DNA from: the human T2T-CHM13v2.0 reference genome, Homo sapiens
Assembly: GCF_009914755.1 (NCBI RefSeq)
Contig: NC_060937.1
Length of the DNA: 64,000 bases
Reading direction: 5' to 3' (one strand)
The translations under genes and the position numbers were made by a program. The notes under the pieces were generated by a model. That model did not search any database. It worked only from the letters and a program-made list of their open reading frames with translations, and was not told where the DNA came from. This document shows, one piece after another, positions 13,661 to 40,249 of this stretch (its first letter is position 1; the number at the start of each line of letters is the position of its first letter).

Positions 13661-14344
13661 TTTTCTTTATATCTAAGCTAATTTTAGCTAAATTTCTAAT
13701 TCTTGTAAATTAGTATCCTAGCTGACTGCAAAAATAGCAGTTACGCTGAAATGCTTAGACAACAAAAAGAACCTAGGCCAGGATGGTGGGTAAGAGGCAG
13801 TAGAAGTGAGAGAGAATATGCTAGAATAAGGAGTCACACGCATTTTTTTTTTAATATGCACCAGATCCTAGATCTGGCCAGCAACATCCTACAGTGAAAT
13901 CTGCACCAAGAAGTGATCCTCCATGTCAAAAATCTAGGATAGAGGAACAAGGCATGATTCTCATTCCAGCAGATGTATCCATTTACCTGTCTGTTGAAGT
14001 GGGAAACAGAGGTGAGCTCATGGGGAAGGGGAGTCATGGCATTGTCTATTCATGACCATCCTGCCTTTACTGGAGAGGGTCTTGGAACAAAAACATCTCC
14101 TCAGTGAATTCTGATTCCAGGATCTGGAAGAGCTAGAGAAACAGTTATGTTATTGACTATACTATCTATGCATTGGATGCTCATTGATGCTAATGTAATA
14201 ACTCTAAGTAACTGAGAAAAAAATGAAATCATGTTCAGTATCCTCTGTTTAATCAGTGAGGGAAGTAAATACTGTATTTAGAGAATTTAATCCTGTCAAG
14301 CTGTTAAAATTGTATAAATGAGTTAGTTCATCAGTGCAGAAACC

Positions 14345-14785
14345 ACTGGGTGTCCTCCAATGTCTTTCTATTCTTCTACGATAGAACCTTCAATTTCTAG
14401 CTGGCCACACAATTATCCAAGAAAGACTACATTTACCTCCATCCCTTGTACCTGAGTGTGGCCATTGTACTAAGTTCTAGGCAATAACTTGTAAACATTC
14501 AATTCATGGCAACTCCTGGAAAGGGAGGGAGATGTCATGCCCTTTCCCCGACCTCCTTTTCCCACTTGCTGGAATGAGGACATAATGTCTGGAACTCATC
14601 TTGGTCCATAAATTGTCTCAGGAATAGAAACCTCAGAAGCCAGGGTCCCTGACACTTCGGGTCCACAATAACATAGCTGGACTACCTTCTCCTGGAATTT
14701 TACATGATAGAGAAGTAAATTCCTAATTTCCTTAAACCATTGTTGAGTTTTCTGACATTTGTGACCAAACCAAGTAGACAAATGT
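14345..14785. mobile_element. MLT1-family MaLR LTR (MLT1J-like)
   Basis: aaagactacatttacctcc...gtgtggccattgtactaagttctaggcaat and tttccttaaaccattgtt...ttttctg motifs. Confidence 0.65.
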
Positions 14786-15907
14786 ACCCCCTAATAAGGA
14801 CAAATAAACAAATTACTGATACAATGGTTGTGTCTATATGATTACGAAAACATGCTTTAACAATAAATCAAGTTACAGAAACAGGTATGAGCAATAGTTG
14901 TCATATGACCAAATTGTATTTTTTCTCTCAATTATTTCACCAAGATCTTTGTACAAAAGTGATGGATCAAAGAAAAGTTCTAAACCCAAAATGGCTGCAT
15001 CTTGGCTTTTGGATTAGCTTACTAACTTCCTTCTATGAAAAAAGTCTTTCGTGTGTATATCTTGCCTGATTGGTAGCTGGTGTTCATCAGGATCCTTTGA
15101 AAGACAGATATTTGCAATGATAAAATTGAAAAGATTATTTTAGTACAGACCAAAGAGATATTCAAAAACTCAACAAATTCAGTATCACATTGCCAGGTTT
15201 GGAAGGACAAGTTGGCTAGTTGGACTGGATAACCTGTGTTTTCCCCAGCTTGCAAGCCAACAATCCAGCGAGTCATCTGAGAAACGGGCCAAGGATATAA
15301 AAACCCTCATTTGAATATTCTCTAACTGATCCATCTAGCACTGCTCAGGGGAAATACCAGCCATTGTTAAGTAAACAAATTCTTGCTGCTAATTGTGCCA
15401 CGTAAAGCTCTCCACAAGAGAGGCTGCCAGGATAATGCATGCAGTCATGTACACAGTTAAGAGGGCCTGCTCTTATAATGTTGACTGGGACCATATCAGT
15501 GAAACCAATGTTTATTCTTCCTCTCTTAAAATACATGGCATGTTTATTTTATTAGATATTGTATGTGGTTATCATTGTACCTCATAACCAAAAATAGTTT
15601 CAGAAAGATGGCTGCTTTCTCTTTGAGGTTTTAAAATAGCGTATTTTAAATAAAATCATTACCAACATAACCATCAAGTTTGGCAAAAATAATGTCAGCC
15701 ATATTTGTGTGTGTGTGATCTGCTAACAAATAGAAAACATATTTAACTTGCACAGATGAGCTTTGTTTTCTTGTAGCATAGGGTAAAGAACATAGCCTTG
15801 AAAAGCATATTAACTAAGATCAAAGCTCTACCTTCACATATTTTTCTGGCTATATTGTATTAGTAGGAGTGAAGCTGAAACATAATTTTGGGTTTCCTAC
15901 AAATTAA

Positions 15908-16090
15908 ATAATAGCTAATATTTACTGAGTATTTACTACATGCCAGATATTGTTCTGTTTCTTAAATTTGTTACATCACTTAATCCTTTAAAAAATCTCT
16001 TATGAGGAAGAGGCTATTATTATCTCTAATTTACAGAAGAAAAATTAAGACATAGAGACTTGAAGTAATTTACCATATCAGAGTTAATGT
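15908..16090 (-). mobile_element. MIR
   Basis: ataatagctaatatttactgagtatttactacatgccag...tttacagaagaaaaattaagacatagagac. Confidence 0.75.
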
Positions 16091-16504
16091 GTTTTAGGCT
16101 GACCTAGAAGTGAAGAGAAGATGTTAGAATGTACAGTGATAATGAAAACACATAAGCCAGAGACAGGTTACTCAATTAGCTAGGCTATTGATCAATATAT
16201 CAGACAGTGAGGAGATCCAAGTTGGAAGAAAACATTATCATAAAAACATAAATAGAATTTAAAATGTATGAAAGAAAGTAGAAATTGGCCTGAAGGTTAC
16301 ATGTTCTCACCTACTTGGACAGAATCCAAGACAAGGTAAACCAAACATTGTGCCTAACGATGATCTCCAAGTCCTTTACAGGTCTCATCAACTTTAATGA
16401 AAATAAAGAACATCAATAACCAAGATAAGCAGGAAGCCATTCGATAACACAAGAGAATGCAAGAAGTCTCTCTTCTAATTCAGAGAAATGAAACAAAAAG
16501 TAAA

Positions 16505-18300
<1,796 letters not shown>

Positions 18301-18306
18301 TAGATT

Positions 18307-18845
18307 ATTTTTTAAAATATAGATTTAGGGGGTAGAAGGGCAGTTTTGTTACATGAATATATTCTTAGTGGTGAAGTCTGGGTATTTAGTGTAGCCATCA
18401 CTCAAATTGTGTACACTGTACACATCAAGTAATTTTTCATCCCACAACCTTTTCCACCCTCACACCCTCTCACCCTTTTGAGTCTTCAGTGTCTATTATT
18501 TCCTTCTCTATGACAATGTGCACACATTTAGCTCCCACTTGTGAGAATATGTGATATTTGATATATACCACCACACCATAAGTGATGAACACTTAACGTT
18601 GTTTCCATGATTTTGCTGTTGTGAATAGTGAAGCAATAAACATACAAGTGCAGGTATCTTTGTGATGTAATGATGATTTCTATCTCTTTGGGTAGATAGT
18701 AATAGGATTGCTAGATCGAATGATAGTTCTATTTTTAGTCCTTTGAGAACCCTCCATACTGTTTTCCATAGAGGTTGTATTCATTTACATTCCCACCAAT
18801 ACTGTGTAAGTGTTCCCTTTTCTCTACATCCTCACCAACAACTGC
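18307..18845 (-). mobile_element. L1PB-type 3' end fragment
   Basis: ggtgaagtctgggtatttagtgtagccatcactc and ttacattcccaccaatactgtgtaagtgttccctttt. Confidence 0.75.
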
Positions 18846-19160
18846 TATATCTTCAAAAAGTTGTAAACATTCTTATTTACTGCAGACTCTAAAATGCAAA
18901 GACATACATCCTGAAAAAGATACCAAGTGTTTGCTGACGATATAGAGCCACTGGAATGTGCATACGTTGTTACTGGGCCTATAAATTAATATGTTCACTG
19001 TTGCTAACTGACAGTATCTACTAAAGCTAAATGTCTATGTATTATATACTCCAGCTATTTGACTTCTAAGTCCACACCCAGGAGTAATACCTGTATAAGT
19101 TCACCAAAAAACATGGACAAAATTTCTCATAGTAGCTTTGTGTTTAGTAGCCTAATTTTT

Positions 19161-20226
<1,066 letters not shown>

Positions 20227-20380
20227 TTAACAGCCAAAAGCTGGAAACAACACAAAGTTCCTTCAGCATAAGAGAAGAAAAATAAACTTTACTGTATTTA
20301 TATTATAGAATATACACAGCAATATAGCAAACGTTTTATACAAACAACCTAGACAGATGTTAAAAAAAAAGGATGAGTGA

Positions 20381-20700
<320 letters not shown>

Positions 20701-21535
20701 TCAGAAACAAAAAGTATCTACCATATATAAATTTATTTATATGAAGTTCAAGTACAGGTGAAATAAATACATAGTGATAGACATTAAACTATTGGTCGCC
20801 AATGGAAATTGTTACTGAATGAGATGGAGAACTAGGAAATTTGCAGGAGTACTAGAAATATTCTATAACCTCATTTGAATGATGGTTAAATTTGCTATGT
20901 ACATGTAAAAAGTCATGATGCTTTATACTTTATTTTATTGTATGTATGTATAGTACATTGTATTTTTTTTGAAAAATAAAAATGTATATTTAAAGCGTTT
21001 GGACTCCAGCACAACCAATCACTGTCAGTCTCTAGCTGGGCAGTGGAATTCTATATTTAAGAGATCACAAAGTGAAACTGATATGCAGACTGTGGAAGGA
21101 AGGATACAAGTATGAATAAAGAGTGCTTGGAGTAAGGTTGTAAGATACAAAAATCAATGACATTTCTGTAAACTAACAACAAACTATCTAAAAGGAGAAT
21201 TAACAAAACAATCCCATTACGTTAGCAACAAAAAGAGAAAAAATACTTAGGAATTAACCAAAGAGGTGAAATACTGAAATTTCAGTGTACATAGGAAATT
21301 GTAAAACACTGATGAAGGAAATTTAAAAAGCTATAAATAAGTGGAAAGATATCCCATGTTCATAGACTTAAAGAATTATTATTGTTAAAATGTCTTTATT
21401 GCCACACTACACAAAGCAATCTACAGATTCACTGCAATTCCTATCAAAATTCCCATGACATATTTTTAAGAAATAGAAAACACAGTTTCAAAAGTCATGC
21501 AAAACCACAAAAGACCATAAATAGCCAAAGCAATA

Positions 21536-21814
21536 TTTTTTTTCAGACAGGGTCTTACTCTGTTGATAAGACTGGAGTGCAGTGGTATGATAACAGCTTG
21601 CTGCAACCTCAAACTCCTGGGCTCAAACAATCCTCTCATTTCAGCCTTTCAAGTAGCCTGGACTACAGGTACATGCAACCCCACAGAGCTAATTTTTAAA
21701 TTTTTTGGAGGGACAGGGTTTCACTTTGTTATCCAGGCTGGTCTTGAACCCCTCGCCTTAAGCGATCCTCTGAACTCGGTGCTGAGATTACAGGCATGCG
21801 TACCACACCCAGCC
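21536..21814 (-). mobile_element. AluJ
   Basis: acagggtcttactctg, aactcctgggctcaaacaatcctc; highly diverged. Confidence 0.9.
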
Positions 21815-23212
21815 CCAAATCAATCTTGAACAACAAGAACAAAGCTGAAAGCATCATACTTCTTGACTTTGAATTGTATTACAAAGCTATGGTAATCAAA
21901 ATAATATGATTTGGGCATGAAAACAGATATAGACCAGTGGACCAGAAGAGAGAACCCAGAATTAAACTCACACATTTGCAGTCAATTACACTTTAACAAG
22001 GGTGCCAAGAACACTCAAAGGGGAAAGGACAGTCTCTTAAACAAATGGTATTGGCAAAACTGGGTATCCAGTATCTCTCACCACACACAAAAATCAACTC
22101 ATAATGGATTAAATATTTAAACATAAGTAAAGCCTGAAACTGTACAACTCCTGGAAAAAAAATAAGGAAAAACCTTCTTGACATTAATCTTGGCAACAAT
22201 TTTTTGGTTATGACACCAAAATCATAGACAGCAAAAGCAAAAATAGATAAGTAGGACTACATAAAACTACAAAGCTTCTGCACAGCATAGGAAACAATCA
22301 ACAAAATGAAATGGCAACCTATGTTGCCTCTATGGGAAACATATTTGCAAACCATTTATCTGACAAAGGGTTAATACCCAAAATCTGTGAAGAACTCATA
22401 CAAATCAATACCAAAGATACTTATGACTAGATTTAAAAATGGGGAAAGAACCTAAACAGACACTTCTCACAATAGAAAAATGATCAAGTGGCCAGCAGGT
22501 CAATATCTCTAATCATCGGGAAAATGTAAATCAAAGGCACAATGAGCTATCAACTCACACCTGTCAGAATAGCTATTACCAAAAGACAAGAGTTGGAGAG
22601 GATGTGAAGAAAAGGAAACACTTGTATACTGCTCCTGAGAATGTAATCTAGTAAAATCATTATAAAAATAGTGTGAAAGTTTCTCAAAAAACTAAAAATA
22701 AAATTTACCATATGATTCAGCCAATCAACTTCTGGGTATAAATCCAAAAAAATAAAATAAAATCAGGATCATGAAGAAATCTCTGCACTCCCATGTTTAT
22801 GGTAGCATTATTCACCATAGCCAAGATATGGAAACAATCTAAATGCCCTTTGATGAATGAATGGATAAAGAAAATGTGGTACATACATATACACAATGGA
22901 ATATTACTCAGCCTTAAAAAAAATCCTTCCATTTGTGACAGCATGGATGGAGCTGGAGGACATTATGCTAAGCAAAATAAGCAAGGCACAAAAAGACAAA
23001 TATGGCAGATGCCATATCACAAAAGCAGAGAGTGGGATGGTGGTTGCCACGAGCTGGGGGAAGAAAAATATGAGTGATGTTGGTCAAATGGTACAGAGTT
23101 TCCGTCACACAGGATGAATAATTTATGGAGATCTAATGTCAAATAATGTGAATATATTCAACAATACTGTGTTGTATACTTTTAGTTTGCTAAGAAGACA
23201 AATCTTATATAA

Positions 23213-23680
<468 letters not shown>

Positions 23681-23980
23681 TGATATCTCAATAAAGTTGT
23701 CTTATAAAAAGGGTTTGGGTATTGAATTCGAACCCAAGCCTGCAAACAGTGGGATAAAGAATCAGAATTTAAGGGAGAGAGTAGGTTACATTGCCTTCCC
23801 TGATAAGGATTTCTTCAATCTTTCATGTTTAGGCCAAAATTAGAATTACGTAGAATAATTAGAAATATTTCATGCAAAAAGCAGCTTTGCAACCGGTGTC
23901 CACAGACGTAAGTTTGACTCAATGCTTATGTGACTTTGAAGAAGCACTGTATTTTCCTGTAAAAAAATAAGATTGCTTGA

Positions 23981-28521
<4,541 letters not shown>

Positions 28522-28794
28522 AAATAAGATCACTTGATACACATCACAGAACTAGTGTGAGGTCCAACGTATGTGGACTAGAAAGCATTTTATAAACTCT
28601 GGAGCCCTAGTAAAATGTGGGAATTATTACTATTATTAGCATCATTCTTAAAAAAAAAAATTAGTTTTCTTAAAAAATACCTTTTGTTGTGTATACTTAA
28701 GGTATGCAATATCATGTTATGTGATAAATTTTGATAATTAAAATATCTCACCCAAAATAGCTATTAGACTCTACTCAGAGCTAATAATTGGGTC

Positions 28795-29005
28795 ACCTGA
28801 ACATAAAGATGGGAACAACAGACACTGTGGACTAGCAGAGCAGGGAAAGATGGAGAAGGAGAATGGCTAAAAAAAACAGCTATCAGGCACTATGTTCACT
28901 CCTTGGCTGACAGGATCCATATCCCAAACCTTAGCATCATGCAGTACACTGACATAACAAACCTGCACACGTACCCACTGAATCTGAAATAAAATTTGAA
29001 ACTAT
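28795..29005 (+). mobile_element. L1PA15/16-like 3' end
   Basis: acataaagatgggaacaacagacactg...caaacctgcacacgtacccactgaatctgaaataaaa. Confidence 0.8.
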
Positions 29006-29083
29006 TTTTTAAGAAAGGTAAAATTGACCGGATACACTAAACAGTAGACTAGACATTGCAGAATAAAAGAATAACTAATTTCA

Positions 29084-29550
<467 letters not shown>

Positions 29551-30274
29551 GAGGAGACTCAGCAACATGTGGGACAATATCAGTTGGTCAAACATGTGCA
29601 ATAGAGCTCCAAGAAGGAAGGTGCATACCCAAATATTTGAAGAAGTAAGGGTAAAGTATGTACCAAAGTGCATGAAAATACATTCCACGGGGCCTGGAAG
29701 CTCAATAAATGCCAAGAAAAATACGTACAAGGAAAGCCATACCAAGACATCATAACAAAAATAGTAAAAACTAATAATAAAGAGAATATCATAAAGGCAG
29801 TCCACTTCATACAAAAAAAGGAATAGCTTTATAGAGACAAACAAAGATAAGAGGGACTGCTGACATCAGAAACCATGCAAGGCAGAAGAATCAAATGACT
29901 CCTTTAGTCTAAAAATAAAAATAGCAACGAAAGAATGGTCAACCCATAAATTTAAACATAACAAAATTATTTTAAAATAAACAAGAGTTTCAGATAAAAT
30001 CTGAGTGAATTTGTCACTAGTAGATATATACCACAAGAGATGTTAAAAGAATCTCTTCAAGCTGAAGGAAAATGATTCTAAGAAGACTTCCAATCTATAC
30101 AAGGGAATGAATAGAAACAGAATGATATATACATGGGAAGGTATGGAAGATTTTTGTTTTTCTGTTTTCTAAATCTATTGAAAAGACAACCAACTATTAA
30201 AAGGAGAGATAACAATGCTGTTTGTGATTCATATTACCTGTGGAAGTAATGTATGACAATGGTGCAAAGGAGGG

Positions 30275-30386
30275 GCGTCACCTCCAGGTTTTCTCTGATG
30301 CAGTAGATGTGGGGTGGAGATTGAGAATTTATAATTTAATATGTTCTCAAGAGATGCTAATGCTGCTTACCTGGGAACTATTCTTT
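30275..30386. mobile_element. MER5A-like fragment (continues at 31811-31821)
   Basis: tgatgcagtagatgtggggtggagattgagaattt...gatgctaatgctgct...ctttgaggatcactg once the L1 is removed. Confidence 0.7.
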
Positions 30387-31795
<1,409 letters not shown>

Positions 31796-31824
31796 TGGGA
31801 ACTATTCTTTGAGGATCACTGAAC

Positions 31825-33690
<1,866 letters not shown>

Positions 33691-33794
33691 TACATAGGAG
33701 TATTCGGTAACACCCCTATTATGAAAGACATAAATACTACATCATTCTTTCTGGGATAACTAAACTTTATTTTAGTTTAAGTGTTTTTGGATGA

Positions 33795-34067
<273 letters not shown>

Positions 34068-35914
34068 GTTCAGTTTTTAATGACATATATTTTAATATCT
34101 GTAGTCCATAATATATCATTAGCTGTGGATACTTAAGGGAATATGTTCTTATTAGCAATTTATATGTAAAAAAGTGTATATTTGTGTTCTGTCATTCAAA
34201 TCTATCACAGTTGTAAGCCTATTAATATTATGTCTTATTATGTAAGTATAAAATACTACTCTATCTATATTTTGATGATTTTTGAACTCCAGCAAACCAT
34301 CCAATAATAATGGCTTCCAGTGACAAACTTTTTATTATTTGCCTAATCTCTTTGCTGCAAAAATGTAATTATCATCAATAATTCTAATCCAAAGGTTAAA
34401 AAAAAAGGCTGAAGAAGGATCAAATTGTTATCTGTCACTAGGATGCTCTTGGGTTTACTTTTTGCTTTGGTTAAGTGAAAATAGTTGATAGATTTTAATT
34501 TCATTATAGTCCATTAATTCTACTGTAAATAATTAATCTTTTATGATGGAACGTAGTCATGTTTAATAATTCTGTCCTTGTCTTTCATTGGAGCTCTGGT
34601 TCTTAAGACCTTTTGATCCTGAGATTAGGCTTTAGCAAATTTCCTTCAGATGTGCAGACAGACATCTTTCATCAGATGCAGGATTAAGCAGGGTTAGCGG
34701 TCTTTCAGAGGCACGGCCATCTGGGTTTGTGTTTTCTGCAGTGCTCCTTTCTTTATGGATTTTAAGGAGATGTGATATGTGAAATATGGTTAGTTCTTTG
34801 ATTTATGATTTCTTTAAAACCTAACAAATGAGAACAAAGAAAATGGGAGTGAGGAAGGAAACCGAAAACATTTTTTAAGACCTAGAATGTAAAACCAGAA
34901 TCCTGAATTTGGAAGGAAATAGAAATATTCAGCGAGGTGTGAAGAGGAGGATAGAGGGAGGATTTTCTGTGAAACAGTATCTTACATGAAGAAGTCACTA
35001 CACACCTTGCTTTAGTGGGCGTTTTGTGCCCAACACTTATAATTCACTAGAAGGAATTTTGGAAGGAGTACGTTTGCCAAATACATTCCACACGATTTGC
35101 CATGAAATCCCAGGGAAGAACTGTGTGGGCTCGCATTGAAGTCGAATCATTTCTTCAAATCACCAATAATTTAAATCTTGTGAATGGAGAAGAATGTTTC
35201 ACAGTTGTTGTCGTTTAAAAAAAAAAAAAGCCTATTTTTAAGTTACTCTAAGATGAAAAAGGAAGTTGTCAAAACTCCTAATGTCTTGGTGTTTATCTGG
35301 TTCTACCAAGTATTAGCATTGATACTATTTAGACAGCGTGTCACTAGCACACATCCCAGGTGGCTCAGCAAAAGAGAATGGGCACTCCCAAGGGGAACTC
35401 GACACAAGCTAGAAGGGCCTGTGCCCTTGTGACACTTCTTGGTTTCATGAGCAACTCAAACTACAGCAAGGATCAAGGTGGCAAACAATCAGTCTCTGAG
35501 AAGATGCCATTTCCTTCTTGGGCTGAAGAGATACATATGAGCTAATAATAAAGTGACTTAAGCCTGTCTCGATATAGGCGTTCTCAACAAAGATGTAGGT
35601 GGATCACACCAAAGATTCTCACCATTACAAACTCTTCCTAGAATTTAGACTAGAGCAATACAGCAACACGTGCATCTACATTGCGTGATGTGGAGAGGAG
35701 GGTGGGGAAGTATCATGGTGGATGAAGAGAACAGATCAGGAATGATGTGATAAAGCACCTTACAAATGGGGCCCTCTCTCCTACGTCATCAGTTTCTGCT
35801 ATTAACTCATTCCCTTCAGCATACAACTTTGTAAAATTACATTAAACTTACTTTGTCTTCCAGCTATAACTCCTTTCCAGTCCTTCTCTTTGCAGTAAAA
35901 TAACTCTAAAAGAA

Positions 35915-36050
35915 CTCTATCATCTATGTATCTATGTATGCACGTATGTATGTATGTATGTATCTATCTATCTGTCTGTCTACCTACCTACCTATCCATC
36001 CATTCTGGTGTACATACATACATATGCATAGGTGCATACATAAATACATA
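35915..36050. repeat. Compound tetranucleotide microsatellite (TATG/TATC/TCTG/TACC/CATC/CATA)
   Basis: Successive short 4-mer arrays. Confidence 0.9.
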
Positions 36051-37435
36051 AACAAATAGAAAAAAATAAAAATTTAAGACCAAACTTACTGGTCTTAGCT
36101 TTTTCACCTTCTATTTCTCATCTTCTCTCTTTTCTTTGCTATTATGTCATACAAATTTCATTGTAACCAGCTTCCAAACTAAATATTTATCCTACAAAAG
36201 TTTACAAATGATAGTGTTTATATACAACTCCAGCTACGAAGAGAAATGAGGCCCAGCCGATGCAAAGCTGCCACGTTGTGAGCCGAGGAGCATGCAGATG
36301 TATGCACTGCACAGCTGTGAGTGTGGTAAGGAGGTGGCCGGCCCTGAGGATAAACTCCAAAACCATAAAAAAGTACAACTTTGTTTGTATCCTGATGCAA
36401 ACAAACCAATTCTAAAATGATACCTGCATATGGAGATCATATTAAGCAATATTTTATTAGGCATTTTGACAACTATGGTAAACAAAATCAAATATCCTTA
36501 TCAGAACATTTACAGGTGGATACCATGATGCTTTATAATAGGGATGTAGATGAAATAAGATTAGAAAAATAATGATAAATCTTGCTAATGGAGATATGAG
36601 AATTTATTGCACTAAACTCTGTTGAATGATTGAAAATTTCCATAACACAAAGTGAACAAAAATAATGCAAAAAATAAGGTATTTGTTCATTTTTCTCCAT
36701 ATATTAAACATAAATGAAACTTAATATACACACTTAATAATAAGTGAATTCCTGAATTCCTATTTGGCATTCAGTAGTTATTCCTAAAAGGAACACAAAA
36801 CCTCTATTTATACCAGGAAGTCATGTTTGCTGTACATTATTCCACACAGTAGGTACACATATTGATAGAGACTAGGAAAATTAAATGTCTAAAGTGACAA
36901 TTTTTCTTGAAGTAAATCTTGGTATTTGATTTAGTTACGAATTAATTTTAACATATTAAGTAAAATATGTTCTAAATGAATTTATACATAGCATAATTTA
37001 TATATATATATGTGTGTGGTGCTACAATTAGGTTTCTGCATAAAAATACAAGATAGTAAATGAAATAAAACTCTCAGCAACACAGACTACATAATGTTAA
37101 TTATTAAAAAATATTTAAAAATAACTAGTCACTAACCTAAGACTACATTATATCATAGATATTCATAAGTCAGCTATTCATTGATACAGTGATAAAGTAA
37201 GTTTACTCCCAGGTTACCTTATCACACTCATGTTAACTGGGTAAGACCTGTGTAGCTTCCCACTAAAAGAGTGGGGGAGTCATTTAAATTCCTAGCACAA
37301 ATCATAAGTGAGCATTTGGTTTCTGAAATATGCATATCAAATTATTTTTATTCAAAGGATTAATATTAAAAAGTAAGTCTCGTTTTGCATTTATAATTTC
37401 TCATCCTCTGAGGAATTTGTACCTTCTTAGACATG

Positions 37436-37942
37436 AGAGCAATGTCCAATACAACTATAACACAAGCTGCAGATGTAAGTTTTAATTTTCTAGTATCCAC
37501 AGAAAAAGGAAGTAAAAACAAACAAGTGCAGTTAATTTTAATAATATGTTTTATTTGATTCAGTATATTCAAAATACAATTTCAGCACAAAACCAATATA
37601 AAAAATATTTTAATGAGTTGTTTTTTCTATACTAAATTTTTTTAATCTGGTGTGTATTTCACTTGCATAGAACATTTCAATTTGAAAGCTACGTTTTTAT
37701 TGGAAGTACTTGATCAGTATTTAGATTCCATAAAATTTACAGTTGAGAAATATACATTTGTATACCCAAGTTGTTCCAGATGTACTTAAAGTTTTTCAAC
37801 AGCTTAATCAAGTATCAGTTTTTAAATATAAATGATAATTAAAATTAATAAATTTAGATTTCAGTTCTTCAGTCTTACCTGCTGCAATTCAGGAGCTCAG
37901 AAGGCACATGTTGCTAGGTCTACTATGTGGGACAACACAGGT
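37436..37942 (+). mobile_element. Charlie1-family (Charlie1b-like) hAT relic
   Basis: gcaatgtccaatacaactataa start, MER33-like left arm, ends ctactatgtgggacaacacag. Confidence 0.72.
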
Positions 37943-38589
37943 CCGTGGTCTTTCTACTAATGTAGCTGAGGCAATGAAAGTGAAGTCTGGCTAACACCAG
38001 TTTTTATGGTATATTTTCAAAATAAAAAGGAAAATAAAAAGTATTTCAGACTTTACAGCCTCCCAGAAAAGAGCTAGGCACAATTAATTATTTTCACTTT
38101 TTATAACATTAATCACAGATAACAGAAATGAAAGCTTCAAAGTTTGTCTAGTACCTGTACTTTCACTTTTTAATTTTATTATCATTTTGAGTATACAATA
38201 TTTGTGTTTGAATGAACAAACAGTAGTTATTTCTTTTAAAGATATAAAAATGTCCTACTAATAATTATTGGATCTTTCCAATTGTATATCCCAGCTCTGA
38301 GTTATGGGCTTCTTTCAGACTATAAAAACTGATATAGGGCAACTTTAAGCCACAGATGTCCCACTAAATACAATTCCAGTGACATGTAGCTACACTTTGC
38401 CAACTGAAATTCATTTTTTTCCACAAACATAACATGGAATCCCTTCTTTGTACCACATCCTATATCATTTTTTATATTCCTCATATCTTTTTTTACTTAC
38501 TCTAATTCCAACTTCATGCAGCTCCACACTTCAAATATTGCTGAACTACAGGACACTGGCATGTTCCTTAACCCCAATAACTTCTTGCA

Positions 38590-38835
38590 GTAACAAAAAT
38601 CGAACACATTTTTAGTACATGGAATATGCCCTGCACTGATCTAAGAATGTTACATGTTCCAGTCTATTTCATCCATCTCCATGAAGTAGACATTATCATC
38701 TTTCCATTTATAAATGTGGAAACTGTCATACAGAGAGGCTAAGTAAGTCACCCATTGCTTCACAGGGGAAGTGACGATGCTGGCATCTGAATCCAGGAGC
38801 CTGGTCTTCAACAGCGAATGCTCTCCCACTGCTCT
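38590..38835 (-). mobile_element. MIR
   Basis: ccatttataaatgtggaaactgtcatacagagaggctaagtaagtcaccc...gaatccagg. Confidence 0.75.
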
Positions 38836-39553
38836 GTTCTGCCTTGCTGAAAGTCTTTGGCCCAGTCTCTCGACAGTCACACCCTGCAGTCAGCTTCTTT
38901 CTTTGGAGTAAATTTGTTTGCAGTGGCTGGTCTCATTATTTCAGGAAACATAAGTAGATCCTGTCCGTCTGGACCATGTCTTAGGGAAATACAGAGTGCT
39001 TCAGGCCAAGCTTCCTCTTAGCCCAGATTCATCATAGAGGCAATAGTTGCCACACGGTCAAAGGCTGGCCATCAACCTCCGGAGCAGCAGCCTTTGTTAT
39101 CACGGGAAGCAGCCACAGCAGTGCTCTTCTTTCTTTAACTCCGGATTTAGGAGTTTGACTCCAATATTAAGATCCGGGTGAAATGCTCCTGCCTTCTGAC
39201 CACAGTGTCCCCAAATCAGTAAGTACCTTAAATTTAAGTCATACTGAAAGTAACCTCTTGTTCAATGGCTGTTCACCTCTGTCATCAATACACCTCTGTT
39301 TGCCCTTTCTGTAACAAATTCTCCATGTTGACTGGTTTTTAGAAATTGGCTCTTACCACATCTGTAGATGGAGACACACCTTTTCCATTATTTGTAAATC
39401 CTGTGCCAATGGTTCATTTGTTTCTGTATTGTGAAAAATGATAAGCATTTTTCCCAAAAAAATTCTGAATAGCAGTAAATAATTATAACTTTTTAAACTC
39501 ATAGTCCTGCCAATCACCATTGGGTGGGTAAATATCTTTAAAAACCTACTGCT

Positions 39554-39829
39554 GCTGCTAAGCACACTAATGCAGAAACAGAAAACCAAATACTGCATGT
39601 TCTCACTTAAAAATGGTACACATAGACATAAAGAAAGGAACAATAGACACGGGGGCCTGTTATAGTGGGAAGAGAGGGAGTTTCTGAAAAACTACCTATT
39701 AGGTACTATGCTCACTACCTGGGAGATGGGTTCAATCAGACCCTAAACCTCAGCATCATGCAATATACCCTTGTAACAAACCTGCACATTTACCCCTGCT
39801 TCTAAAATAAAAGTTGAAAAAGAAAATTT
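39554..39829 (+). mobile_element. L1PA15/16-like 3' end with TSD
   Basis: cagaaaaccaaatactgcatgttctcactta...ctaaaataaaagttgaaaaa; TSD aaaacctactgct at 39541-39553 and 39830-39842. Confidence 0.88.
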
Positions 39830-40249
39830 AAAACCTACTGCTAATAGAGGTTTTTGAGAGAGGACTTTTTCTGCCCTCATATTTTAAATGTGCTTTTTTA
39901 TTGCTGTTTTTTTGTGTTACATTTCTTAAAAATATCAACATAAGTCAATATTTCCCAAAACTGCTATTCGGGTTAAGTAACATTTTTGTTTTCATAGCTT
40001 TTCACATGAAATAAATAATGTGTATTTCCTATATGTCTTGTTTTGCCCATAATCCCTTTTACATGGCTCGGCTCTGCAGGAGTGGTAGTGAATAGGCCTG
40101 TGGGTGTGTCTGATGGGCATAACTGATGGAGAAGAAAGGCCAGAGGAAGAAGCTTGGAGTAGAAAACACCTCTCTTATCATGTTACAGCAGACATGGTCT
40201 GAATCTATGCTTCCTCGAACATTCCCCAGTAAAGTTTTCCATTCACTGA

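Noticed and set aside
38945-39224. Possible exon between tttcag (38944) and GTAAGT (39219)
   Set aside because: Splice-like signals alone are common, and there is no recognisable ORF or other support.
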